A stretch of 64,000 bases of DNA from the human T2T-CHM13v2.0 reference genome, Homo sapiens (GCF_009914755.1 NC_060927.1); one strand, 5' to 3'. Positions 1 through 15,150 are shown, counted from the first letter of the stretch. The notes: generated by a model not told the origin, from the sequence alone. Numbers and translations are program-made.

Positions 1-309
1 CTGGTCCCAAGAGCCCAAATTAAGCTCTTTTACAGTACAAAGAGATGACTATAACACTTCCTTTGTCAATATATTTGGGCCAAAGTTACACGTGCCATAA
101 TTTATGGTAAAGGGCTCTAAGGGTTCATTTAGTTGTTAAATTAGGGATAGATCTGAGCTAAGTCTTAAAAATCAAGGCTCTGTCTAAATACGCTTCTTCT
201 GAAGCTTACTTCTCTGAAGACCTGAGATGAATCTTCAGGTGAATAAGAATACAAGCTAATTTTATATGGTAGCAAAGAGACAACTTTTCCACTTATAATT
301 TAACATAAG

Positions 310-560
310 CTAGGGTAAAGTAGTGCCACTGGGATCCGGAGGCAGGTTGTTTGGATTCAAATTTCCACATTGTGCTTTCTGTCTGTGTGAGCCCATGCAA
401 TTTGCTTAGCCTCTGTAAGCTTCAATTTTTGCTTTTGAAAATGGACATGATGTGAAAAGAACCTACTTCATGAGATTGCTGGGATATTCAGTGAGTCATG
501 CAAGTTAATTAGCACAGGACCTGGAACATAGCAAGCACTCAGTAAATATTAGCTATTATT
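310..560 (+). mobile_element. MIR SINE
   Basis: Degenerate MIR core (ggattcaaat...ctgtgtga...cttagcctctgtaagcttcaattt...aaaatgg) and 3' end (cctggaacatagcaagcactcagtaaatattagctatt). Confidence 0.8.
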
Positions 561-2279
561 TTTTCATTGCTATTTTTGCCTTTATTGTTATTATAAGGGT
601 TTCTAACAATGTACAACACTTAACAAACATTTTAATACCCACTAGAAGTTTCCATTTTCAAGTGTCAGACAACTGAGTCAATTGAAATTCCTGAGGAATC
701 AGCAGCCTCTGGACACGTTGACCATTCATCTCTGTAGATTCGCTAGGCTTTATCCCTGTATCAAGTCAGATCATCACAATGGTACACACAAGGACTATAT
801 TACTTTACCCCCGTTTTAAATGCTTTGACAGAGCTATGATCTGGCACCATGCCCTTGGCTTCTTATCAAAGGTCAGTGCAAGAAATGACCATATGAAGAA
901 TGTTTCTGCTCTTTTTGTAAAACTGCTATTGAAGATACTGTCCAGTTTTGTGTTTAATGTTCCTTAGACAAAGACTCTTGCTATAAATTCTTCTTAGAGC
1001 TAAATTTAATGATTTTGGTGTATCTCTTCTTTTGTTTTAAAGTACTTTGTCCTTTTGGGAAACAGAAAAGGCTTTAATAATAAATAGAAGATGCCTTTCA
1101 CATGTGCCATTCTAGAAAATGTAACCAGCTACTGCTCTGTTTCCAAAACGAATACATTTATTCTTCTTTTCTTGTTTCAAACTTAAAGCATTATCACAAT
1201 AGACAATATTTGCATGTGAAAAGATAATCTTCAAAGTAGGGAAAGAGTTGTGATACTGATGATAAAATTTCAGGGCACGGACTGTTTGGAGGGCACAGGA
1301 TTTCATAGTTTCTATCAATTCACATCATATATGTCAGTGGTTGAAAAGTGGAAGACCTTTGACTGTTGTTCGGTTTGAACAGTATTTTAGAAGATCTTAT
1401 GAGGGGCAGGTGCTACACTTAACCACAATACAAGCATTTGGGCACCTATTGTCATACTCAAGATCTTTTCCCTGCCGAATTCATCTCTGCAACCAGGGTC
1501 ATGTTCAAAAGTGGTAGAATGTGACTTTAAGAGTCACTATTTCATTACTTTAGGCAGCAGAATCCCTTGGAAATTTACATAAAAGCTTGCAAAACTTGGA
1601 GCAAATATGTTCTGGAAAGCTAAAGGGAGCATGGGAAAAAAGGTTTATGCTTCTGTCCCTCAGTCATTTTGCTCACCTTCTAAAATAGAGTGGTTTTTTC
1701 TGTTCCTTTTTGTGTCACCATGGGATCTGATGATCACCCTCTGAAAGTATGGAAGCAGGAACAGAAATTTTTACATCACCAATTCTTTCTCAGAGGCTAT
1801 TCTCTCCAACCTGGAATTGGGAAAGCTAGAGAACTTAGCTTTTCTCTATTAGTTTATAAAAATATATGTATTATATAGCCTGAAATATTGTTCTCATAAT
1901 GAAGGGAGTGTGGTGAGTCTATGGGAAAAGTGAGTGGTTCTAAACTATGCTAGAGGCCAATAATGAGAAAATGATTATTCTGCCCATGAGAAAACACTGC
2001 CAGACATCAGGCAGAGCTGTCAGCAGGCAGGAACATCCAAAAGAAAATAACTTTTTCAGTATCAATTGACCATGCATTTTCTTCTCCCTCAAATTTCTCA
2101 TAATTCGGCATATATGTGAATTATTTACCCACAAATCATGTTTATTAATAGATATCTAGGATAAAATACACTAATAATAGGACTCTTAGCCATCAGTAAA
2201 TCTCAAAATCTATACATTAGCTAGATCTTAATTTAAAGCATGCTGTTTTGCTTTTTAACACTATCTACATAAAAACTGA

Positions 2280-2659
<380 letters not shown>

Positions 2660-4851
2660 GCATCATTTTTATTTTAAAGTTGGGACTTATCATCATATTT
2701 GGCCCTTTACTTTCTAAGACAAACACCTTATGCTGAGTTTTGGATCCTCACAAATCTCACAACAAAACAAGATGGCAGATGCATAATAGTCTATAGATTT
2801 GACCAAGTTTCAGAGTCTAAATGGTTTTTACAGACCTGATATCACAATAAATCCTCCAGCAGAAAACAGTCGTGGACATAAAAAGGAATAAAAGTTTCAC
2901 AAATGTGACTATGTCCTTGTGGTATAGCATATTAGGCAAGCGTCTACTCAATCAGTGTAGGTACCAAAATATTTCTATTTGCCAGAGGATGCTAAGAAAT
3001 TTTATGTGTTCTACGGTGTGAATTATTTTTTTTAAAGGCCTCTTTTTTAAACTTTAGCCGCTCATATATTATTTTACTCATCCAAAGTTTCATTAGAGAG
3101 AAGAATCTCTCTGACCTTCAGCTTTGAAATTGACAATCCCCACGTTAGAATCATCTCTTCATTGTTAAAATACCAATAGCTTATTGAAGTACCTCATAAA
3201 AAAGATAATATCAAGGGCATATGAATTAATTATGATAATAATTTTAAAAGATTAATAAAGTAATTTAAAATTAATGACATAATATGATTTTTAGTATTAA
3301 AATTTAAGCTAATAATTCCTTGTTGTGCTATGTGGTTGAGATAGGATGACAATGTTGCATCAATATGTGGTCCTACCGGTAAGAGACGTGTAAATTGACT
3401 AGACATTGAATAAAACTAATCTTTCTAATTCTAGATTTTAATTCAGTGTAATAAGTATATGTGAGCATGATGCGGCATGATTTGATTTCATCATCTAGTT
3501 TGCTATGAATTATCCATAGGAATGCATTTCTGAGGGTATGATTCTCCACTTGGAATGTTTACATCACTTATTAGGTAAACAGTAGCAAAAGACACAAGAA
3601 TTTTTTCCAAGTTTACTTTGTTAATACTCACTATAAAAATCTAACAGAAGGCTTAAATTAATGTAATTACCAAAAATTAAAATAAAAAGAACTCCCTAAC
3701 AGCAACTTCAAATATCAATGGGGAATAAATCCATTTATAGCAACTGCTATTTCCAAAGAGATAAAATGAATTTTAAGAGTGCATACTGGCTCTAAAACCT
3801 CAGGACATTATTAATAAATATTGTCTCTATCCTAAGGTTTATAGAGCTATGAGGCTAGTACAAAATATTATGTATTAAGAATTAATTTATTTTTCAACCA
3901 TGATTCCTATAGGAGGAAGACTTATGAAATAGCTCCAACTGTGCATTTCCCCTTATCACATTTAATCCCAGAGGCACATTTTAACTAAATTTGACAGCAG
4001 GAAAGAAAGTCCAAAGCTAAACAGCACCATACATGTTTTTGAAACAGGTAGACAGCTAATGGCCCACATAGTTCATGTTAATAATCAAATGCTGGCTACC
4101 CTGTGGATTGCTACTGTGTGCTAATGAGGAGAACCTTGCTTTCTCTCAGGCAAGCGGCTATCAGGGAAGCTTCTAATACTTCTAAAAACTGGTGGATACA
4201 CAGAGAGTGAACGCAATGGTTACTACCTGTCATTAGCTACAGATGCACATGTAAGTCATAGAAAATCTAATTGGTTGACTAAGAATAGGATTTATTTATT
4301 TTATCCCAATAAATCTCTTTTTGCAGCAAAGTTAAAGGTTAAAAGTATTTGAAGTGTTGAAATGCTTCTCCTATTCACCACCAGTAGATATTTCCAGACT
4401 CATTGCTTTTCTCCCCCAGGATTATTTTGTTGTTGCTGTTTTCTCTTCCTAAAGGAAGAGAGCAAATCATTTTCTTTGGATATCAAACCTTCAGTTCACT
4501 TCTTTTGGCCAAATGTGCCTTTTTGATGAGAACAAGCATTAGTTTCCTGCTATCTTGAGTATGACAGATGGCATCTCGTCAAGGAATACAGTGGCAGTAG
4601 CCACTAACCAGGGTGATGAGCTATTACACAACTGCAGTCAGTGATTTAATGAAAACCTACTTTTGTATTTCCATGGCTGAACTCATACATTAGCCCTCAT
4701 GTTCTGTACAAACTTGAAAACTGATGGGAATTAATTCTTCATGAGTTATAGAATGATATATTTCTTTGCTATTCTCTTTGGTTATGTTACTCTCTCTCTT
4801 AAGATAATTTGTTTTAAAATGGAAAATGTGTAGGAAAGAAATTGGCTATAA

Positions 4852-5171
<320 letters not shown>

Positions 5172-5886
5172 TGTACATATCTTTCATTCAATAATTATTT
5201 ACTTTGCTTTACACTATCAAAAATATGCTACCTGCTCATTGCAAGTTATTATATATGTATTTTTATTAATGTACATATAGACCAGTATTGCTTTATGCAC
5301 GTTTTTTTCTTATTAAAAAACCACACTGTTGCAATTTTCTGTTTTTTTTTAACAAAGGACAAAATAATAATTTTTTATATTAAAAATCAGTTCCTGGATA
5401 TTAACAACTGATTTTCTTTCAAGGATAAACTGTGCTATTTAATAGTTACATTAAAAAAAAACCTTCATAATCTTAATTGTAACCTAAGGACAGTAATACC
5501 TAGCCCACTTAAATCTCCGGTTATTATGGAGATGAAACAAAGAAACATGTGTAAATAATCTGATAAATGCTCATTCTTGGATGTAAGTTATATCTATATT
5601 TTATTAATTCTGTTTCTTTAATGATACCTCTTACTCAATAAATAAAACTTTTATTTTCAGTAAACTTGTTTTCATTGTTTCTTACTGGTAAAACCCATGT
5701 CTCAAAGAGAGAAGTATAAATTTGAACTCTGGGGTGAAGCACATTGGAATTAAGGAGGGAGATTGTATAGTCAAATACTCATGGGATCCAAGAAAAACAA
5801 AGTAGATAAATAAATAGTTGTTGCATTCATTTTTCTAGTTATGATAAAACAGATATAAAATATTTCCACTTTCCATGTAATATCAC

Positions 5887-6412
5887 TGTTTTAGTTTCTG
5901 AGGGCTGTTCTAACAATTACCATAACCTAATTACCTTAAAACAATATAAGTTTATTCTCACACAGTTCTGGAGGCTAGAAATCCAATATCAAAGTAGTTG
6001 GCAGGGCCATGCTTGCTCCAAAAATTTTAGGAGAGGATCTTTACTTGTGTCTTCTAGTTTCTGGCAGTCCCAAGAATTCCTTAGCTTGCAGATATGTCAC
6101 TCCAATCTTTGTTTCCCTCATCATATGGCTGTGTTCTTCCAGGCCGAGTGAAGTGGCTATTCACAAGCACAATGACAGAACACTACAACCTTGAATTCTT
6201 GGTCTCAGGCGATCCTCCTGTCTCAGCCTCTTGAAAGTATTCTCCCCTCTAATAAGGACACAAGCCGTAATAGATTAAGGGTCCATCACACGTTAGTATG
6301 ACATCATCTTGACGAATATATGTTATGACTCTTCCTAAATAAGGTCATATTCTTAAGTATCGGGGGTTAAAAGTTTAGCATATTGTTTTGGGTGACATAA
6401 TTTAAATTAGAA
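5887..6412 (-). mobile_element. MLT1 (MLT1B/C-like) MaLR solo LTR, interrupted by a FAM fragment
   Basis: Starts tgttttagtttctgagggctg...tttattctcacacagttctggaggctagaaatcc and continues taaggacac...gattaagggtcca...aaataaggtcatattc. Confidence 0.85.
6128..6234 (-). mobile_element. FAM (fossil Alu monomer, 7SL-derived) internal fragment
   Basis: gagtgaagtggctattcacaagcac...cactacaaccttgaattcttggtctcaggcgatcctcc. The ggctattcaca segment is characteristic of FAM/7SL and absent from dimeric Alus. Confidence 0.8.
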
Positions 6413-7680
6413 AACCCAGTATAAGAAAAACAAAATTTGAAATTTGAAAGAGTAAAACTAAATAGCAAAGTATATGGTTTAAGCATAAAAAAAACTGGTA
6501 ATAGTTAGAGTGTAGCAAATTGTTGAGGCTGTGCCTGACTTTTTAAGACAATTTTCAAAATAGCTACTACACAAGTACAAACAATTTTTGCCATGTTGGA
6601 ATAAATATCCAATATTAAATCTTTTAATTTCCAAATAATGGAATGCAATTCAATTTTTTAAAAATATCAAGTAAACAAAAATTCAGTTCTGTGTAAAAAC
6701 TTATCAAATATGATATAGCATTCAGTTTATCTATTTCATTTAATATCAGACTTTCTTTCTTTGGGAAAGCTGTAATTTTTGGATTTTGGAAATACTTTAA
6801 CAACTAATATATTTCTTCTTAAATTATGAAATTTTGACACAGTAATTCATTATTTAGTGAAGATAATTATATATATATTTACGTACACATGCATACACAC
6901 GCCTATGTGTATTATTAAAAGCACATCAAGAAGGAAGACATTTAAAAGAAAGAAGTAGTCACACATCTCACACATTGTCTTCTAACTGTATTCAGAAATA
7001 AATTACATGACATTAAGAAAAGTGTGCCAACAGTAATCCATATTAGTTTTTATAAGACTGCAATTTTAAAGTTCATTTGAAATAAAACAAGAGCAAAATA
7101 ACATGAATCATATTTGTATCTCTCTGTCTTTTATTAATCTCTCTGGAAGTCAGTTTCACCATCTGTAAGTTTCCTTCAAATATTTCATGTCTATGCTTTA
7201 AAAATATACAACCAAATTTTCTCTGTTGACCATCTATATATATTAATATTTAAAAATGTATGTTTACTTTACAGTAATTTTCATTGTAGTATGTTATTCT
7301 TGGAATATATAAGTTGAGTTGTGATTAAATTGTGAAGCAGAATCACAGGTTAGCTGTAGAGGTATTCTAATCCTCTGCTTAGTATGCGGCTGAAATGAGA
7401 GATTGGCTGAGTGTTGTCTGTCAGTAACAAATATTTCATTGTTTTATTTTCACTGTGGCTTCCTCCAGCTTAAGTAAGCACACTGAATCTGCATTTTGGG
7501 TGCTTTTGTGAAATATTTGTTAAATAGGTTTTGCCTTTTGTTGTCAAATAGATTCAAAAAATATATTCTGCTGGTCTTTAAAGGCTCTTGGCTTTATTTT
7601 TAATAAAGTATATTTCCTTGTAATTTAATTAATTTAATTTTGAACATATATGCCAAAAATGTTGTTTGAGATACATGTAC

Positions 7681-7715
7681 TTAAATATGGAAGTGAGAGA
7701 CACTTCCATATTTAA
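7681..7715. repeat. Perfect inverted repeat, 15-bp arms, 5-nt loop
   Basis: ttaaatatggaagtg-agaga-cacttccatatttaa. Confidence 0.95.
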
Positions 7716-8416
7716 ATGTTAACATAGTGAACTGAGTTGACATATACTAGCTCCCAATCCATTTATGTAGAAATATGAGATAAAATATAGCAACTATAAC
7801 AAAAGCGCGTACATGCAGCTAATCTCAAAAGAAAGTAAGAGAAACACCCAGCTGTCAAAACAGGATGCGAAGGGCACAGTGGTTCCAGGGGTCTAGATGT
7901 GTATTCCACTAAAATATAGTGGCTAAAGACCATGAGTTGGGGTTTCAAAGTCCATACAGAAATAGGTGGTAGAGCTTTGAGCCAGTGTAAAATGGGTAGA
8001 TGAAACTGAGATTTCTGAGTAAACTTGGAGTACCATGGAGATGTGGCAAGAAATACACTGTGGTCATAATGAAGCTTGTCTACATTTCTGGAATTCTCAG
8101 TGGTGTTTGCTTTTTTTGGGGGGATGGGGGGTGGTGGTGAGGGTGACAAAAATGAAATTCTCCTTGATATGTAATAATCAAAACAACATTAAGCATGGAT
8201 GTTGTTCTTTGAACTTGTATAATGCACTAGGCACAAGAAGCACACACTAAATTATCAACATAGCACCTCATGAGGACCTGATGAACTCCCTAGGGACCTG
8301 ACAGATATATTTTGTGAAGAAATGCCATGACCCTATTTGAGTGAAACTCTTATGGGAGAAAAAATGTCACATAAAGACTTACAATAATAATGTGTAGACT
8401 ATATAAGGGAAGTAGC

Positions 8417-8792
8417 CATTTCGGTCTGTTTTGTGCTGCTACAATGAAATACCTGACACTGGATAATTTATAAGGAAAAAAAATTATTTTCTCATGGTTA
8501 TGGAGGCTGGGAAGTCCAAGATCAAGGCATCAGCTTCCAAGTCTCTGCTTCCAAGGTAGTACTTTGAATGCATTATCCTTCACAGAGGAGGAACACTGTT
8601 TCTCACAGGGCAGAAGAAGAAAAGAGACCAATTTACTCCCTCAAACCTTTTTTATAGTGGGATTTATCCATTCATGAGGGCAGAGCCCTTATGATTTAAA
8701 CACTTCCCATTAGGCCCCATCTCACAACACTATTGCATTGAGGATTAGATTCCCGACTCAAGAATTCCGGGGTACATATTCATGCTATAGCA
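8417..8792 (-). mobile_element. MST/MLT1A-type MaLR solo LTR
   Basis: ggaggctgggaagtccaagatcaaggc...ccattcatgagggcagagccc...cccattaggccccatctc...ctatagca. 5-bp TSD gtagc at 8412-8416 and 8793-8797. Confidence 0.88.
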
Positions 8793-9014
8793 GTAGCCAA
8801 ATAAAACATACCAAATAATTATTAGCATAGCATGAATATTTGATAACAGAGCAATATGAAAGAGACTATAGAATAAGAAGGTTTGACATTAAAATGGATA
8901 AAAGAAAGGAAAAACATCATATTGAAAGGAGATGTAGATATCCATGCTAAATTTTAAACTATGGGTTAAGTGGTAGTTTACAGAACATGTTCAAATTTAT
9001 AAATTGAAAGACAG

Positions 9015-9185
9015 TGGGTGTGGCAAGTGCCTGTAGTCCCAGCTAATTGAGAGGCTGCAGTGGGAGGATCACTAGCCCCAGAGGCGGAGGTTGCAGTGAG
9101 CCATGATCCCGCCACTGCACTCCAGCCTGGGCAACAGAGTGAGACCCTGTCTCAGAAAAAAAAAAAAGAAAAAAAGAAAAAAATA
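9015..9185 (+). mobile_element. Alu right monomer (FRAM/AluJ-like)
   Basis: cctgtagtcccagcta...gggaggatcact...gaggttgcagtgagccatgatc...gagaccctgtctc followed by an A tail. Confidence 0.88.
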
Positions 9186-9359
9186 TATATATAGTCACAT
9201 AGGTGCAGCATTAAAAAATAAATGGGGGGTTGATGTAACAGGGAGAAAAAGTCATATGAATACAGAATGAAGCAGTACAACCTAGACCTAGCAGGAGATC
9301 TGGAAAAGGAGGAAAGATTATCAGAGAAAGGCAATATTCAAGATAATGGCAGATGCAGT

Positions 9360-9615
9360 AACAGAATTGGACAAACAGAAAAAATATATGAATCCTAAGT
9401 TTGAAGAGGCACACTTCGTCCTAAACAGAATAAGTAAAAACAAATTCTGAACCTAGAGCCATCTTAGTAAAATTGCCAAAAACCAAACAGAAAAAAAATT
9501 AATAGCAACCAAATATAAAAGATAGATTACCTACAAAGAAACAAGGTCCAAACTAATAGTACATTTCTTATCATTAAAGGACAAAAGATAACATAGTACC
9601 TTCAGAATCTTTAGG
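9360..9615 (+). mobile_element. Ancient L1M ORF1-region fragment
   Basis: A-rich with L1M-like motifs acctagagccatcttagtaaaattg and agattacctacaaagaaaca. Confidence 0.5.
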
Positions 9616-10211
9616 GATTCACTTCACATATGAATATTTTTAAAAAGTTAAAAATTGAAATAAAGAAAATACACTTGCTTTATTAGAATTTTAAAACTGT
9701 GACTTAGATCACTCAGAAAATGCTATTAATAATGAAATGATATTGAGTTGGATAGACCATTGTAGAATGATGCAGAGTGCTAATTTAGCAAGTAAGGTCA
9801 TTGACTGTAAGTTTCCATTAAAATATCCAATATTACGTTCCTTTTCTAATAATGTGATATGATTTAATATTTTATTTCATTCACCCTGATGAATAATGTA
9901 ATTTACTTATTAATGTGACAACGTTCGGGCTCTTAACTTGAGATTACAGGATTAAATTGTGAATTTTTCAGATAGCTTGGTTTATAAGACAGAGAAGTTT
10001 AAAGGAGCAACTTCATATGCTTTGTTTTGCTTTTTAGCAGCTTTAAGATTAAAGGCAAATCAAAAGGTAAAAAAGAAAAATTAGACTAAGAACATGATAT
10101 AAGGTCAGATTTTGTATTAGAAGTTCTGATAATAAATCAATGCTAACTGTCATTTATTTAGCACCTAATTTTTTAACCTCTTGAATTCATTTAATCATTT
10201 ATTTTTATGTT

Positions 10212-10922
10212 AATCAAAGTCACAATGAAATACCATCTCAACACCAGTCCGAATGGCTATTAAAAAGTCAAAAAGTAACAGATGCTAGCAAGATTGCCTA
10301 GAAAAGGAATGCTTATAGACTGTTGGTAGGAGTATAAATTAGCTCATCCACTGTGGAAAGCTGTGTGGCAATTCTTCAAAGAGCTAAAACCAGAACTACC
10401 GTTCGACTTAACAATTCCATTACTCGGTGCATACCCAGTGGAATATAAATCTTTCTACCATAAAGACACATGCACGTGTATATTCATTACAATGCTATTC
10501 ACAATAGCAAACACAGGGAATCAACCTAAATGCCCATCAATGGCAGATCGGATAAAGAAAATGTGGTACATATAAACCATGGAATACTATGCAGCCATAA
10601 AAAAATGAGATCATGTCCTTTACAGGAACATGGATGTAGCTGTAGGCCATTATCCTTAGCAAACGTATGCAGGAACAGAAAACCAAGTACCATATGTTCT
10701 CACAACAAGAACACTTGGACATAAAGAGGGGAACAACAGACACTGTGGCCTACTTGAGAGTGGAGGGGGACAGGAGGAAGAGGATCAGAAAAAATACCTA
10801 TTGGGTACTAGGCTTAGTATCTGCATCAGGAAATAATCTGTACACCAAACCCATGTGACATGAGCTGTTCTATTTAACAAACCTACACATGTACCCCTGA
10901 ACCTAAATAAGAGTTTTAAAAA
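10212..10922 (+). mobile_element. 5'-truncated old L1PA (L1PA13-16-like): ORF2 C-terminal remnant and 3' UTR
   Basis: aatcaaagtcacaatgaaataccatctc...; ORF 10363-10575 resembles the L1 ORF2 C-terminus (ELPFD..IPLLG.YP). 3' UTR ends acatgtacccctgaacctaaataa. TSD-like aatcatttatt on both sides. Interrupts a MIR. Confidence 0.92.
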
Positions 10923-11049
10923 ATCATTTATTCTTCTTCAGTCCCCTAAAGTAGGTATCATTAAAATCCCTCCTTTACAGATAGGAGCCAAAGGTGAAAA
11001 TTAATCCGTAGAAAATTACCTCATGTTTATATAACTAAAATGATTAATA

Positions 11050-11259
11050 CAACAATTCTCAGGAAGAGAACATTTGGCCCCCAGGGGAACATTTGGCAAT
11101 GTCTGGAGACAAGTTTTATTGTCATAATTGAGGACCAGGGTGCTACTGGCATTTAGTGGTTGGAGGTCACAAATGCTGTTAAACATCCTACAAAGGTTTT
11201 CCCACAGCAAAGAATCATCTGGTCCCTGATGTCAACAGTACCTCAACTGAGATACTTTG
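11050..11259 (+). mobile_element. MER20 (hAT-Charlie DNA transposon)
   Basis: cccccaggggaacatttggcaatgtctggagac...gtgctactggcatttagtgg...gctgttaaacatcctac. Confidence 0.9.
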
Positions 11260-12024
11260 CTCTAGAACGTTTAAAGCAAATACTGATCAAGTCAACTAAT
11301 TAAGTTTTTGTTTTCTCTGTTTAGTAGAGCATAAACCTAAAATATGAACCTCTCTTTTCTACAGTATTCTCTGTGGTTTAAAACTGATTGGCATCTCATA
11401 GATTTCGGGTAGTTTTCACGTAACGCAAGCTACAGTATGAAAGTTTTCTCTCTGCAGGCAATCTTCATAGTCTGATTTCTGTAGCTGCCGGTGGTTGTCC
11501 CCTGACATCAGTTTGGTTCACGGAGACAATCTTGACAAGGTAGCAGATGCACAACAGGCCAACAGACTTTCACTTTGCTCTCTCCAATTTCAGAATTCTA
11601 TACGCATTTATATTGAGACAAAAATAATAAAGTATATTGACATACTTCCCTTTAAGTATTAATGCCTTGTCTTTTCCAATGTCAGCAATCCCTTAGTAAT
11701 GTAGCTTGGTCTAGTGCTGATAAAGCTTTTATTTTGTTTTCTGTAACTTCCTTTTGGGGTCTAGCTCATTTATTTTTAATTCATAATACTTTCCAGGATT
11801 TTATCACATTGATTACTGCATTTCAGATACCAGTTATTGTGGTTTATATCTCTGAAAGGAAGTACACTGAAAATGAAAATAAAATTTCCTATAGTGGTGA
11901 TTTATTTCTGTTAGATTTTTTTTTAAATTCTACCAGTATCCACTATAATATTTTTCTAATTTAGGAATTTCCTGTATAAGTTGTAAGATGATAAGACATG
12001 ACTTTTAAGTGAAAGAATAATTAG

Positions 12025-12537
<513 letters not shown>

Positions 12538-14139
12538 TAAAGAATTATATGAGTTATTATGTTGTTCTCAATATCACTTTTCATGTTTTGCTAAAAATAT
12601 TGAAACAGTATAATTTGATTTTATTAACTTTTCGTAAATTTGGCTTATACATCTCAAGTTCTGTTTTTCTAATCTGAACCATACTACATATGTGTCTTTG
12701 ATCCATTAGTACATAAAGAATGTTGTTTTCATAATTAAGAGGAAAAGAAGCCTAAGGAGATACATTACAGATTAATAGGCACTAAATAAAATACAAACAT
12801 CTTTAATTTTAGACCTCATTGTATGAATAGTATGCATTTTTGGATCAAATAATTTGTATTTCTGTTATATTTTTATGTTTATAGTATGGAATAGTGTCCT
12901 ATATAATGCATGCATCCTAAATAGTATTTATTAGTTTGCAGAACTGAAATTGCTAACGTCATTTTTGCCCAAGCATAATAATGTTGCTCACATAGTATGT
13001 CCAGGGAGGCAAAACACCAAACATTTTGTAACAGATTATATCTAGGGTAACAAATGAAACATCAAATATTGGGTGTGTGAAAGCACCTTATTTATCTAAG
13101 GGTCAAAGTACATTTCAAATAACCAACAGTCCCAGTGTAAAATAAAAGTGTTCCATTGAGTTTATATAACCTCGAAAATAGTAGAAGAATATATTCAATG
13201 TTATAATAAGAAATCACTCATATATCCAGCTTTGCTTAATTCTTGTTGTTATCTGTTTACGGTAGCATGTCCTATTCTATTTTCCTCAAGATGTCATTTT
13301 AGGTGTTGTCATCTTGTTATCATGTCTTTGTCTTCCCATGCAAAACCTAGGGCATGGGTTTCAAACTCTACACTTGAACACATGTCTCATGCAGAGGAAT
13401 GCTATTTAATTCACAGGCTGTAATGCTCCTCACAAGAAATCTACACCTTTGGTGAAAAGTGTTTCATTTTTACCTGTTGACAGCCTGATGACACAAAGTA
13501 TTTGCTCATAACACCATGAGTTTGCCTGTGACTTTTCACCAGGCTCAAGAAATTATTAATAGAAATGTCCATGTTTAAAGTGTAAATAAATAAATATGCA
13601 AAACCAATGGAGAAAAATAGTAAATTGATTTCTGTGCTACATATGATATTTTCAGCTTTTTAAAGTATTTTTAAAAATTATTTTTCTTTATAAAGAAGTC
13701 TCTGTCTTCAAATAGAGCTTGTAAAAGGGCTCTCTCTGTGCCTAAACACTGAGATCCATTCTACTGAGGTGGGTATCCAGGGGGAGTCCTAATAAGAACA
13801 ATCATTCAGAGAGCAGAAACTCTTGAATGGAATGGGAAATTCAAACTTGTTTGGTGAGAACTAATCCTGAAGAAAATAGATAAAACCACTTGCATATCCA
13901 GATACTTTTAGAAACAAATAAAACTGAATATTGGTTCCCAGAAGAACTGTTTTCATTATTCTTTTATTGTGGTGTTTTGCCTCTGTCTGAGTTTGTCCAT
14001 GTCCATGGATATGTCTTACTCATTTTAACATTTTGGAAAAATTGGACAAAACTGTTTTCTTTTTTTCCGTCAGTCTTTTTCACTCCTCTAACATCCTAGA
14101 GCTCCCATCTTCTTGGAAAATTATTTATAATTGTTGTGT

Positions 14140-15150
14140 TCATTTCCTCACTTGTCACTCAGTCTAGGACTGAATGCAATCTCTACCTGGACTCATTCCA
14201 CTGAAAACATCTCACCAAAGTCATCAAACATTTTCTCATGGCTAAATTCAAAGGAAATCCCTAAGACTTCCCTTAAATGGGACCTATTTGGTAGCATTTA
14301 ATTCTGCAATATATATGCATTTTTCTTGAAACCCACTGTCTCTTTAACATCTTTGTCCAGGCATTTTCTTAGTAACCCTGCAACCTGTCTGAACACTTTT
14401 TTTGGTTTCATGTGTAAGCTCCAATTTCCTTTGCTCTGTTATTATGGTGTTCCTCCAGATTGTGTCATAGCTGTCACCGCCTATCAACAGTTCAAATCAC
14501 TTATGACCTATGCATCACACTGCCTACTTGACAGTTATGCTTGCACATATCATGATAACCTTAAATATATGTTCAAAACTAAACAAGACCCTTCTGTCTT
14601 CCTCCAGCACCTCTGTGTTACATCAAATTATCTCTGGATCCCATACTCACCACCAGAATATCCAATTACAAAATCATATCAATTCTATTTCCAATACATT
14701 TCTAGACTTAGTCTCCCTAAATATTTGTAGAAAACATCTCTCATCACGATGCTAAAACAGTGTCATACCTTGTTTTCTTTGCTCCAATATCATCCTCTAT
14801 ACTTTGGTATCTAGAAAAGTCACAGTGATCTTTCTGAAGTACAGATGTGATTAAGCCAGTCTTCAATTCTTCTTATAACAGCCTATATGGCAATAGGAGG
14901 ATAATGGTAGTTGAGAGAATAACATTGTTGAGGGCACCTTACGAATCAATTAAGCAAAATTTCCAATATAGTGGCTAGTGTGCGGAAGACAAGCTATAAT
15001 ACTGGCTGTACTGCTATTAATAGACAATATATCTGTATTTATATTTTTCGTTAGCCTTCAGCACCAGGAGGACAGAGTCCATTTTATATGCTGCATCCAT
15101 TATTGGGCCAATAAAGAAATTAGCACTCAAATATTTGCTCAATAAGTGGA
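14140..15150 (+). mobile_element. L2 LINE fragments
   Basis: ccactgaaaacatctcaccaaagtcatc..., later tcatatcaattctatttccaa..., and L2 3' end gcactcaaatatttgctcaataagtgga. Confidence 0.65.

Noticed and set aside
6128-6234. 7SL RNA gene
   Set aside because: It lacks the 7SL S domain and is a diverged FAM fragment.
10038-10066. Possible micro-exon (tttttag|cagc...aaag|gtaaaa)
   Set aside because: The donor is weak and such motif pairs are expected by chance in AT-rich DNA.
10363-10575. ORF with real protein similarity
   Set aside because: It is the C-terminal remnant of L1 ORF2 in a truncated, dead L1.
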